From Gemmatimonadota bacterium (GTDB lineage Bacteria > Gemmatimonadota > Gemmatimonadetes > Palauibacterales > Palauibacteraceae): DNA of 64,000 nt. Positions within the stretch are counted from its first letter, which is position 1, and every line of letters starts with the position of its first letter. The position numbers were made by a program, and so were the translations under genes. Below are positions 1 through 11,206 of this stretch, in pieces. The stretch lies in NCBI GenBank assembly GCA_039585235.1, contig JBDGWG010000002.1, forward strand, positions 27,346 through 91,345, given 5' to 3'. The notes under the pieces were generated by a model. That model saw only the letters and a program-made list of their open reading frames with translations. It searched no databases and had not been told where the DNA came from.

Positions 1-95
1 CGAGCCACAGCAGGAATACGATGAAAAAGGCCGCCAGCTTGTAGGGCCAGTGGTGCCGGATGGAGTAATCCCAGTTCACCGTCGGGCCGCCTCGT

Positions 96-1088
96 TCATG
101 GCTGGCGCTCCGACCAGCGGCGGGTCGGGTCCACGACGTTTACATCGCCCGCGACGCGTACCTCGACGATACCACCCTCGCGGAGGCTGTAACCGGCGGG
201 CGGGTACTGGCCCACGATCCGGCCGGGCGCCTCGAGTGCCTGCGGGTCGTACGTGATCGCACCGAGCTCCAGACCGGCCCCGGACAGCGTGCCCTCGGCA
301 TCGTCCACGTGGCGACCTAACAGATCGGGGATCTGTACCACCGGACGACCCTCGCTGGTCACGAGTGTGACCTCGGCCGGTACGGCCAGTTCCGTCCCCG
401 CCTCCGGGCGAGTTTCGATGGCCCGTTCATACTCGAGAGTATGGGTAATGCGCTCGACGGTCACGTCGTACCCGAGACGTTCGAGAACGATCACCGCCTG
501 GCGCTCGGACAGCCCCGAGACGTCTGGAAGCACGTGGAGCTCGGGTCCGCGGCTCAGGGAAACGTACACGGGGGCGCCCGGCCGCGCGTACTGCCCCGGC
601 AGCGGATCCTGCGCGAGAATGGCACCCTCCGGGGCCAGGTGGTGCGTCACTCCAGAGCGCACGGTATACTCGAGACCGAACCGCTCGAGGCGACCCTGCG
701 CCTCGTCCTCCGTCAGGCCGACGAGCTCCGGCACCTTGACGATCGACGGATCCTCCACGACCGCACCGCCGGGAAAGGCCCACTGGGCGGCCGCGAGGTA
801 GCCTCCACCGAAGAAAGCCGCGACGACGACAGCGGAGATGAGCCACCGGGCCGATCGCCTGTCCCCCTCGGTTTGGGGCACTGCCTGCTCCGCCTCCGTC
901 GCAAACAGTTCGGAGAGCGTTGCGGTGCGAGGCGGAGCCGCGGCAGCGGCCGTACCATCGGTCACCTCCGGCTGCGTGTCGTCAGCGCTCGTTGCCTGTT
1001 CCTCCGGCGCAGAGCCCGGAGCCCGATCTCCACCCCTCTTCCCCCGTCCGCCTCCCAGCCCGCGGCGCCGCTTGTAGCTCATCCTCAT
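96..1088 (-). CDS. PASTA domain-containing membrane protein (N-terminal TM helix, repeated PASTA units; no kinase domain)
   Basis: 330-aa ORF with a hydrophobic segment ISAVVVAAFFGGGYLAA followed by several repeats of about 65 aa resembling the PASTA fold (VPDLVGL.../IPDLLGR...). Confidence 0.7.
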   Translation of the reverse strand: MRMSYKRRRGLGGGRGKRGGDRAPGSAPEEQATSADDTQPEVTDGTAAAAAPPRTATLSELFATEAEQAVPQTEGDRRSARWLISAVVVAAFFGGGYLAAAQWAFPGGAVVEDPSIVKVPELVGLTEDEAQGRLERFGLEYTVRSGVTHHLAPEGAILAQDPLPGQYARPGAPVYVSLSRGPELHVLPDVSGLSERQAVIVLERLGYDVTVERITHTLEYERAIETRPEAGTELAVPAEVTLVTSEGRPVVQIPDLLGRHVDDAEGTLSGAGLELGAITYDPQALEAPGRIVGQYPPAGYSLREGGIVEVRVAGDVNVVDPTRRWSERQP

Positions 1089-1106
1089 CCCCCTTTCGCC
1101 CGGATC

Positions 1107-2477
1107 TCAGCAGTCGAGACGCCTCAGTCGGCTCGCGAATGCTCCGTCGGTGTCCCACTGCCACGGCAGCACCCGCAGGTCACCCTTCTCGTCCGTCGAT
1201 GCCTCCCGGACCCACGCCGGCTCCGGCGCTTCCCGCCCGAAATTCCGGTGCCGGGCCAGAAACCTCTCGACCTGCTCCTCGTTTTCCTCCGGCTCGAGAG
1301 AGCATGTCGCGTACACGATCAATCCGCCGGGCTCGACCAGCCCGGCCGCGGCATCCAGCAGCTCGCCCTGTAGAGCGACGAGCGAATCGAGCTTCGCCTG
1401 GTCCAGGCGCCACCGCGAATCCGGACGCCGACGCAGCACGCCCGTGCCGGTGCACGGCGCATCGAGCAGGACCGTCCGCGCCCGGCCGATCGCGGGGGCA
1501 CGCGTGTCCATCCTGAGCAGGTGGACGTCCAGTCCCAGCCGAGCCACCGGATCGCGCAGCCGTTCGAGGCGCTGCCCGCTCAGGTCTGCGGCCACGAACG
1601 GCCGGGCCTCCGGAACCCGCCACGCCAGACCGAGCGTCTTGCCGCCAGGCGCCGCACAAGCGTCCAGTACAGGACCGGCAAACCGATCACCCACATAGTC
1701 TACCACCGCGGCGGCGGCGGGATCCTGCACGACCGACGGAAGACTCCGCACCGCCTCTTCGGGGTCTCCCTCGCGAAGGCGGAACATAGCCCTCCACCCG
1801 CGTTCCGGGACCAGATGGATCCCGGCGACCGGGCTGAGGTCACGCGCCGATTCCGCGTCGCCGTCCAGGACTCGAACCGTCACCTGCGGAGCCCGGTTAT
1901 CATTCTCCACCAGACGACGAACCGAAGCAAGCGGCCAGCGGGACAGCCACCGCCGGATGAGCCAGGCGGGGTGCGACCCCCACGTCGTTAGGTACCCCTC
2001 GGGATCGTGGTCCGGATTGGGAAAGGCGTCCTCCCGCTGCCCTTCCCGGATGGCTCGCCGGAGGACTGCGTTCGCCAGCCCGGTCGCCTTCGGCCCGGCG
2101 GTGTGCTCGACCCCCCGAACCGTCTGATCCACGGCCGCATGGTCAGGCACGCGGGTCTCCCGGACCTGGTATAGACCGAGACGCAGCCACCGGAGCACGC
2201 GAGAGTCGACGCGGCGGAGCGGCCGGTCGACCAGGGTCGCCAGCTCCGTATCCAGACGTGATCGGAGGCGGATCGTGCCGTACGCCAGCTCGAGAGCCAG
2301 CCCGCGGTCGGCTCCCCGGAGATTGACGAGGCGATGCGCCGCGGCGCGATTGGCGAACTCCCCGCGATCCACGTCGGAGAGGATGTGAAAGGCGGCGAGG
2401 CGCGGATCTGCCGCGGCACTCTCAGGGGCCGTTTTCAATCCAGCATGCCTGTGGACGGACTGGAGGGCACGGCCCAT
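1107..2477 (-). CDS. rsmB: 16S rRNA (cytosine-C5)-methyltransferase RsmB/Sun family
   Basis: DAPCTGTGV SAM-MTase motif, NusB-like N-terminus and PUA-less Sun architecture. The ORF-track start at 2627 would overlap thiG by about 190 nt, so I placed the start at the internal Met (2477). The start is uncertain. Confidence 0.8.
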   Translation of the reverse strand: MGRALQSVHRHAGLKTAPESAAADPRLAAFHILSDVDRGEFANRAAAHRLVNLRGADRGLALELAYGTIRLRSRLDTELATLVDRPLRRVDSRVLRWLRLGLYQVRETRVPDHAAVDQTVRGVEHTAGPKATGLANAVLRRAIREGQREDAFPNPDHDPEGYLTTWGSHPAWLIRRWLSRWPLASVRRLVENDNRAPQVTVRVLDGDAESARDLSPVAGIHLVPERGWRAMFRLREGDPEEAVRSLPSVVQDPAAAAVVDYVGDRFAGPVLDACAAPGGKTLGLAWRVPEARPFVAADLSGQRLERLRDPVARLGLDVHLLRMDTRAPAIGRARTVLLDAPCTGTGVLRRRPDSRWRLDQAKLDSLVALQGELLDAAAGLVEPGGLIVYATCSLEPEENEEQVERFLARHRNFGREAPEPAWVREASTDEKGDLRVLPWQWDTDGAFASRLRRLDC

Positions 2478-3241
2478 TCGCGCATCGGCATGCGGCCAGC
2501 CCGCCACGCGGCCCGGCCGGCCTCGACAGCCTGCCGCATCGCGTGCGCCATCAGCACCGGATCGTCGGCCGCCGCGAGCGCGGTGTTCATGAGGATTCCG
2601 TCGACGCCCTGCTCCATCGTGACACACGCGTCGGAGGCTGTCCCGACCCCGGCGTCCACGATGACTGGCACGTCCAGGCGGCTCTTGAGAAGGCGGATGT
2701 TCAGAGGATTGAGCAGTCCGAGCCCGCTGCCGATCGGCGAAGCCAGGGGCATGACGGCCGCCGCCCCCGCATCCTGGAGCTTCAGGGCCGTGATCAGGTC
2801 GTCGTTGGTATACGGCAGGACGGTGAACCCCTCCGCTACCAGTGTCCTCGTCGCCGCGAGCAGCGCCGCCGTGTCAGGAAGAAGCGTCTCCTGGTCGCCG
2901 ATCACCTCCAGCTTCACCCAATCGCTGAGTCCGGCTTCCTTGCCCAAGCGCGCGTATCGCACCGCATCCTCTTCGGTGTAGCAGCCCGCCGTGTTCGGAA
3001 GCAGGAAGAACTCTCGTGGATCCAGGTGGTGCAGAAGGCTCTCCTCGTTCGAGGCATCGAGATCCACGCGTCGCACCGCGACCGTGACCATCTCGGCGCC
3101 CGACGCTCTGAGGGCCGCCACCGTCTGCTCGGCGTCCCGGTACTTGCCGGTTCCGACGATCAGCCGGGACTCGAAGGTCCTGCCACCGATCGTCAGGGGA
3201 TCCGGATCCGGCGTCAGCCGGTTGTTCGTGACCGTATTCAT
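2435..3241 (-). CDS. thiG: thiazole synthase ThiG
   Basis: 268 aa with typical ThiG blocks (IVGTGKYRD, LLPNTAG, VMPLASPIGSGLG). Confidence 0.92.
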   Translation of the reverse strand: MNTVTNNRLTPDPDPLTIGGRTFESRLIVGTGKYRDAEQTVAALRASGAEMVTVAVRRVDLDASNEESLLHHLDPREFFLLPNTAGCYTEEDAVRYARLGKEAGLSDWVKLEVIGDQETLLPDTAALLAATRTLVAEGFTVLPYTNDDLITALKLQDAGAAAVMPLASPIGSGLGLLNPLNIRLLKSRLDVPVIVDAGVGTASDACVTMEQGVDGILMNTALAAADDPVLMAHAMRQAVEAGRAAWRAGRMPMREWAVPSSPSTGMLD

Positions 3242-3268
3242 ATCCTGACTCGATGTCCGTTTCGTGTT

Positions 3269-3472
3269 TCAACCACCGCCCACGAAGTGGACGATCTCGA
3301 CACGATCCCCGTCCTGCAGGACCACGTCCCCGATCTCGGTACTTCGAATGATCTGCCTGTTGAGCTCGACGACCACCAGGCGGCCGTCCAGCTCGAGGTC
3401 CTCCAGGAGGCCGGCCACCGTGCGGCCGTCCGATACGTCCCGGCCCGTGCCGTTGACTTCTACCCTCAGCAT
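3269..3472 (-). CDS. thiS: sulfur carrier protein ThiS
   Basis: 67 aa, ubiquitin-like, C-terminal GG, and sits between thiE and thiG. Confidence 0.85.
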   Translation of the reverse strand: MLRVEVNGTGRDVSDGRTVAGLLEDLELDGRLVVVELNRQIIRSTEIGDVVLQDGDRVEIVHFVGGG

Positions 3473-3491
3473 GCTCGTTTCGTCCTCCTCG

Positions 3492-4121
3492 TCATCCGCC
3501 CGGGCCGGAAACCCGTTCGATGAGCCGCAACACCGCTTCAGCCGGATCCGCGGCTTGCCAGACAGCGCGAATCACTGCGACCCCCGCGGCACCGGCGGCC
3601 ATGACCCGCTCCGCGTTACTCGCGTCGATACCCCCGATTCCCACGACCGGCACGCCTGAGATAGCGCACGATGTCACCAGCGCGGGCCCGTCCGGAGCTC
3701 GATCCGGGTGGGTCGCCGTGGAGAACACGGAACCCGCCACCAGGAAGTCGGCGCCCTCCTCGGCCCGTGCCCGTGCCTCATCAGCCGAGTGCACGGACGC
3801 CCCGATGGCGAGCCGCCGACCGGAGATCTTCCGAACCGCGCGCACCGGGAGCGCTCCCCATCCGAGCTGCACTGCCTGCACACCCGCGGTGAGAGCGATG
3901 TCTACTCGACCGTTGACCACGCACCATGCGCCGGTGTCGCCAGCCGTTTCGCCGAGCCGCTCGGCCAACCCGTGGAAGCTCCGTCCGTCGGTCCGCCGAA
4001 GTCGCAGGTGAAGCGCGACCCGGTCCCGTCCGGCTTCCATCAGTTCCCTGGCCGTTGGCTGGAAGGCCGGAGCTTCCACCAATTCATCCGTCGCGATCAC
4101 GTGCAGGAGCGGCACCTTCAC
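3492..4121 (-). CDS. thiE: thiamine-phosphate synthase ThiE
   Basis: 209 aa TMP-TENI family (LHLRLRR..., GGIDASNA, VAVIRAV). Its start overlaps the fmt stop (ATGA). Confidence 0.85.
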   Translation of the reverse strand: MKVPLLHVIATDELVEAPAFQPTARELMEAGRDRVALHLRLRRTDGRSFHGLAERLGETAGDTGAWCVVNGRVDIALTAGVQAVQLGWGALPVRAVRKISGRRLAIGASVHSADEARARAEEGADFLVAGSVFSTATHPDRAPDGPALVTSCAISGVPVVGIGGIDASNAERVMAAGAAGVAVIRAVWQAADPAEAVLRLIERVSGPGG

Positions 4122-5050
4122 TCGAACGACTGGCCCTCCGTCACGGCCCGCCCGTGAATCCAGGCCTCCGCGGACATGCGGGGGCGGCCCGCCGGTTTAA
4201 CTTCGCGAAGGCGGATCGCTCCCGACCCCGTCGCCACGACGAGGCCCTGCTCCGAGTTCGCCGCGAGCACGGTTCCCGGCGCACCGGTTCCCGCGGGAGG
4301 ACCCGGTTCCGGGCCGAACACCTGTACCGGCCGATCGTCGAGAGTAGTCCACGCTCCCGGCCACGGGTCGCAGCCCCGAATCCACCGATCGAGCTCGACC
4401 GTCGGCAGCCGCCAGTCCAGCCGTGCGCTTTCCCGGCTCATCTTGGGCGCGTACGTGGCGTGCTCGTGGACCTGCGGCTCCTCGCGCAGCGAGCCGGCCT
4501 CCATCTGCGCCAGGGCCTCGACCACTGCGGACGCGCCGATCTCGGACAGCATCTCGTATAGCTGGCCGGCCGTCAGTTCCGAGTCCAACTCGACCGCAAC
4601 CCGGTACAGCACTGGCCCGGCGTCCAGTTCCCGGACCATCCGCATGATGGTGACACCGGAGTGCTCGTGCCCGCGGATGATGGCCCAGTTCACCGGAGCC
4701 GCCCCGCGAAGCTCGGGAAGCAGCGAAGCGTGAACGTTCACCGAGCCCAGCGTCGGAAGATCCAAAACATCGTCCGTGAGGATCTCACCGTACGCCGCGA
4801 CGACCGACAACTCAGGCTCGAACTCACGCAGCTGGGCGAGGAACGACTCCCCGCGAGGTTTCTCCGGCTGGAGCACCGGGATCCCTTCCTCCTGCGCGAT
4901 CGCCTTGATCGGCCCGGGGCGCAGGACGCGTCCCCGGCCGGCCGGGCGGTCCGGCTGGGTCACGACGGCGGCGACCGCGTGTCCCTCTTCCTGAAGGGCT
5001 CGCAGGGACGGAACGCCGAAGTCGGGGGTACCCCAGAAGAGGATCCTCAT
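4118..5050 (-). CDS. fmt: methionyl-tRNA formyltransferase
   Basis: MRILFWGTPDFGVPSL N-terminus, SLLPELRGAAP motif, 310 aa. Confidence 0.93.
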   Translation of the reverse strand: MRILFWGTPDFGVPSLRALQEEGHAVAAVVTQPDRPAGRGRVLRPGPIKAIAQEEGIPVLQPEKPRGESFLAQLREFEPELSVVAAYGEILTDDVLDLPTLGSVNVHASLLPELRGAAPVNWAIIRGHEHSGVTIMRMVRELDAGPVLYRVAVELDSELTAGQLYEMLSEIGASAVVEALAQMEAGSLREEPQVHEHATYAPKMSRESARLDWRLPTVELDRWIRGCDPWPGAWTTLDDRPVQVFGPEPGPPAGTGAPGTVLAANSEQGLVVATGSGAIRLREVKPAGRPRMSAEAWIHGRAVTEGQSFE

Positions 5051-5093
5051 TCGCTTTTCCCGTCGGTTCCGCAGTCGGACTCCGGACCGGCGA

Positions 5094-5657
5094 CTATCGC
5101 CTGGACTCGTCCATCTTCGACCACTTCTTGAGCAGCATGCGGCGTTTGAGTGGACTCACGCGGTCAATGAACAGGACCCCGTCGAGATGGTCCTTCTCGT
5201 GCTGGAGACAGCGACTCAGGAGCTCCTCCGCCTCGATGCGGACGGGCTCTCCGTCCCGATCGAGGCCTTCGACCACGACGCTCGCGCTACGCTCGACGAT
5301 TTCCTCGAGCCCCGGAATGCTCAGGCACCCCTCCAGCTCCCGTTGCGTCCCCGTCGCTTCGACGATGCGGGGATTCACCAGCACGCCCGGCTCTATCTCG
5401 TCGTCCCTGATGTCATACACGAACACCCGCAGCGGAACCCCGATCTGGGGCGCCGCCAGACCGATCCCATCCGCCGCGTACATCGTCTCCAGGAGATCGT
5501 CCACGAGGGCGCGGACATCGTAGTCGATCGTCTCCACCTCTCGGCACATCTCCCGTAGTGCGGGATCGCCCAGATACCGAACCTCGCGCACGCTCACCGC
5601 GACTGACTCTCCGGGGTCCCCGCTGCCGCCCTCAGCTGTCCGACTGCGCACCGCCAC
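5094..5657 (-). CDS. def: peptide deformylase
   Basis: Motifs GIGLAAPQIG, EGCLSIPG, HEKDHLDG. The exact start is uncertain because the ORF-track start overlaps the yajC 3' end by 26 nt. Confidence 0.9.
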   Translation of the reverse strand: MAVRSRTAEGGSGDPGESVAVSVREVRYLGDPALREMCREVETIDYDVRALVDDLLETMYAADGIGLAAPQIGVPLRVFVYDIRDDEIEPGVLVNPRIVEATGTQRELEGCLSIPGLEEIVERSASVVVEGLDRDGEPVRIEAEELLSRCLQHEKDHLDGVLFIDRVSPLKRRMLLKKWSKMDESRR

Positions 5658-5952
5658 CGGCCCTGCCTCCGACCTTGGACCGCTGGACCTCGAGACGCGT
5701 GTCCTCGGCTGTCTTGATCGTCACCCGGTCGTCGGTGAGGTGTACGATCTTGCCGATGATCCCGCCGACCGTGACCACCTCATCGCCCCGGCTCAGGGAC
5801 TTCACCATCTCGTCATGCTCCTTCTGCTGCTTCCGCTGCGGCCGGATAAGCAGGAAGTAGAAGATCATGAAGATGGCACCGAACATGAACACCGTGCCAA
5901 ACGGATTCGGCCCGGTCGCGGTCTGCGCCTGAAGAAGTGAGAGGATCAGCAA
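5632..5952 (-). CDS. yajC: preprotein translocase subunit YajC
   Basis: 106 aa with a single TM and the YajC consensus FMFGAIFMIFYFLLIRPQRKQQKEHDEMVKSL. Confidence 0.9.
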   Translation of the reverse strand: MLILSLLQAQTATGPNPFGTVFMFGAIFMIFYFLLIRPQRKQQKEHDEMVKSLSRGDEVVTVGGIIGKIVHLTDDRVTIKTAEDTRLEVQRSKVGGRAGGGAQSDS

Positions 5953-6018
5953 TTTTCAACTCCTCGTGGCCTTCTCCGCGATCTGCGGGAGAGGCCTTCG
6001 CTAGTTCAGTTGTATCGT

Positions 6019-8225
<2,207 letters not shown>

Positions 8226-8236
<11 letters not shown>

Positions 8237-9272
8237 CCCCGAACAGTCCCGCCTGGGCCGATTCTCCGTCCGGTGGAAGCGCGTACCCGAACCGCTCGAA
8301 GGCCCGCGGCGTCGCGACCCTGCCACGGGTCGTGCGGTGCAGATAACCGTTCTGGATCAGGTAGGGCTCGTACACTTCCTCGAGCGTGGTAGCGTCTTCC
8401 CCCACGGCCACCGCGAGCGAGCTCAGCCCGACGGGTCCACCTCCGAAGTTCTCGATGATCGCCCGCAGGACCCGGGCATCCATCTCGTCCAACCCGTACT
8501 CATCCACGTTCAGCATTTCCAGCGCCCTGCGGGACGTTTCGCCGTCGATCCGACCGTCCGACTTCACCTCTGCGTAATCGCGAACCCGTCGCAGCAGACG
8601 GTTGGCTATGCGCGGCGTGCCACGTGCCCGGCGAGAGATTTCGGTCGCGCCGTCACCGTCGATCGCGACCCCGAAGATGTCGGCCGACCGATCAACGATC
8701 TCCAGAAGCTCCTCCGGCGGGTAGTAGTTCAGCCTTTCGATCACTCCGAATCGGGCCCTCATCGGCGCGGTGAGCAGTCCGAACCGGGTCGTGGCGCCCA
8801 CCAGAGTGAACTGCTCGATCTTCATCGAAACGGTCTGAGCCCGAGCGCCCTCGCTGAGCCGGATCTCGATCCGGTAGTCCTCCATCGCCGGATAGAGATA
8901 CTCCTCGATCACCGGCCGCAGGCGATGGATCTCGTCAATGAACAGGATGTCTCGGTGCTCGAGATTCGTAAGGAGGGACGCTAGGTCGCCGGGCTTTTCG
9001 AGCACCGGACCCGACGTGATCTTGATGTTCACCCCGAGCTCGCGCGCCATCAGGATGGCCAACGTGGTCTTCCCGAGGCCCGGCGGACCGAAGAACAGCG
9101 TGTGATCCAGCGCCTCCTCCCGCTGAAGGGCGGCGCGGATGTACACGTCCAACGCCTCCTTCACCTTGTGCTGGCCCACGAACTCCTCGAGACGGTCCGG
9201 GCGCAGGGACCGCTCGTGACCTGCCTCGCCGTTCAGCGGCTCGGGAGTCGTGACTTCCACGCGTTCGGACAT
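8226..9272 (-). CDS. ruvB: Holliday junction branch migration helicase RuvB
   Basis: AAA+ Walker [12 protein letters not shown] plus RuvB-specific blocks, 348 aa. Confidence 0.95.
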
Positions 9273-9291
9273 CGGGTTCTCCGGGTGGCCG

Positions 9292-9879
9292 CTACAGGTG
9301 CCGCAACGCGGCTCGGATCATCTCTTCGGTACCGACCTCGTCCCCCACCTCGCGCCGCGCCGCCTTCAGGGCGCTCTCGCTCTCGAGCTGGGAGTACCCG
9401 AGGGCCCGAAGCGCCTCGAGCGCTGCCAGCCCACCCTCCAGTGGCTCGTCGGCGGGCCCGGCCGAGGCCGCCAGGTCGTCCAGCTTGTCGGCGAGCTCGA
9501 GGGCCATGCGCTCCGCCGTCTTCCGCCCTACGCCACTCACCATCTGCAGCGTCTCGTGGTTGCGGCTCCGCAACGCACTCACGATCCGCTTCGCCGGAAG
9601 CGTCCCGAGGATGGCGAGCGCCAGTCGGGGGCCCACGCCGGACGCGCTCTGCAGGCGCAGGAACAGCTCACGATCCACCGCGCTTCCGAAGCCGAACAAC
9701 TCCAGCCCGTCATCGCGAGACACGAGAGCCGTGTGGAGATCCACCTCGCCTCCCGGCTCGGGCAACCCCTCGAACACGCGCGCCGGGACGGTCACGTCGT
9801 AGCCTACCCCGGCGACCGTCATGATCTCGAGCCGGTCGCCCCGGACCGCCGCCAGCTCTCCCCGGACCCGGCTGATCAT
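9292..9879 (-). CDS. ruvA: Holliday junction DNA helicase RuvA
   Basis: MISRVRGEL... N-terminus and HhH motifs. The start is at the internal Met that overlaps the ruvC stop. Confidence 0.9.
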   Translation of the reverse strand: MISRVRGELAAVRGDRLEIMTVAGVGYDVTVPARVFEGLPEPGGEVDLHTALVSRDDGLELFGFGSAVDRELFLRLQSASGVGPRLALAILGTLPAKRIVSALRSRNHETLQMVSGVGRKTAERMALELADKLDDLAASAGPADEPLEGGLAALEALRALGYSQLESESALKAARREVGDEVGTEEMIRAALRHL

Positions 9880-10376
9880 GGGCCCTCCCTGCGGCGAGCG
9901 AGCGGACCTGTCCCGATCAGGATGTGGCACAGGGCGGCGGCACAGCCATCGGAGGCATCCGCCGGTCGGGGCGGCTCGGCGAGGCCGAGGAGCTTCTGTA
10001 CCATGTATCCCACCTGCGCCTTGGTTGCCCGGCCGTTTCCGACGACGGCCTTCTTGATCTCCGCCGGCGGGTACTCCGCCACCGGAAGACCGCTCTGCGC
10101 TCCGGCCAGCAGGGCTACGCCGCGTGCGTGCGCGAGGACGACCGCCGTACGGGGGTTCTCGCGGTAGAATACTCCCTCGACCGCCATGCAGTCCGGCTGC
10201 AGCCGTTCGATCACGGCCTGTATGTCACTGTAGATGTGCAGGAGGCGAACGGCCAGATCGCCCTTCCTCGGTGATCGGATCACTCCGCATTCGATGAGCC
10301 GGCAGTCGGTCCCACGGCCATCGACCACGCCATACCCGGTCACCGTGGATCCGGGGTCGATTCCCAGGACTCGCAC
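9876..10376 (-). CDS. ruvC: crossover junction endodeoxyribonuclease RuvC
   Basis: MRVLGIDPGSTVTGYGVV N-terminus, 166 aa. Confidence 0.93.
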   Translation of the reverse strand: MRVLGIDPGSTVTGYGVVDGRGTDCRLIECGVIRSPRKGDLAVRLLHIYSDIQAVIERLQPDCMAVEGVFYRENPRTAVVLAHARGVALLAGAQSGLPVAEYPPAEIKKAVVGNGRATKAQVGYMVQKLLGLAEPPRPADASDGCAAALCHILIGTGPLARRREGP

Positions 10377-10426
10377 CGGTTCTCTAACGCGGTGTCCGGG
10401 CGGTGCCGGACCCGGCCCGGGCGGCT

Positions 10427-11176
10427 TCAGCCTTCGAGAGACGCGAACGCTTCGTCATCCACCTCGAAGTTCGAGTAGAGCTTCAGAACGTCGTCCTGCT
10501 CTTCCAGCGCGGTCACCAGCTTGATGAGCTTGCCGGCATTTCGGCCTTCGACGTTCACCGTGGTCATAGGAATCATCGCCAGCTCGGCCTCCTCGAACTC
10601 GATGCCCTGCTCGCGGAGCCCGTCCTGCACTACGTGGAAGTCGGCTACCGAAGTGGTGAAGATGTGCAGGTCGTCCTCGGTGCGCATGTCCTCGGCCCCC
10701 GCCCCAAGCGCCGACTCGAGGGCCGCCTCCTCGGTGTACCGGTCCGCGTCGAGATAGATCTGACCCTTTCGCTCGAACATCCAGGCGACCGATCCGCTCT
10801 GTCCGAGGTTGCCTGCTCCCTTGCTCATGATGTGCCGGATCTCGGCTATCGTGCGGTTCGTGTTGTCGGTCACGCATTCGAGGTAGATGGCCACGCCGCC
10901 GGGCCCGTAGCCCTCGTACGTAGTCTCCTCGAACGTCATGCCCGGCAGCTCTCCCGTGCCCCGCTTGACGGCACGGTCGATGTTCGCCTGTGGCATGTTC
11001 TCGGCTTTCGCGTTGGCGATCGCCGTGCGCAGACGCGGATTGAAGTTGGGGTCGCCGCCGCCTTGGCGCGCCGCTACTGCGATCTCGCGCCCCATCTTCG
11101 AGAACCGTTTGCCCCGGGCCTGATCGTTGACCGCCTTCTGGCGCTTGATCTGGGCCCACTTGCTATGTCCCGCCAA
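10427..11176 (-). CDS. yebC: YebC/PmpR family DNA-binding transcriptional regulator
   Basis: MAGHSKWAQIKRQKA... signature, 249 aa. Confidence 0.93.
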   Translation of the reverse strand: MAGHSKWAQIKRQKAVNDQARGKRFSKMGREIAVAARQGGGDPNFNPRLRTAIANAKAENMPQANIDRAVKRGTGELPGMTFEETTYEGYGPGGVAIYLECVTDNTNRTIAEIRHIMSKGAGNLGQSGSVAWMFERKGQIYLDADRYTEEAALESALGAGAEDMRTEDDLHIFTTSVADFHVVQDGLREQGIEFEEAELAMIPMTTVNVEGRNAGKLIKLVTALEEQDDVLKLYSNFEVDDEAFASLEG

Positions 11177-11206
11177 GCGTCCTCACTCCCTGCCTGGGCA
11201 CCGCGA

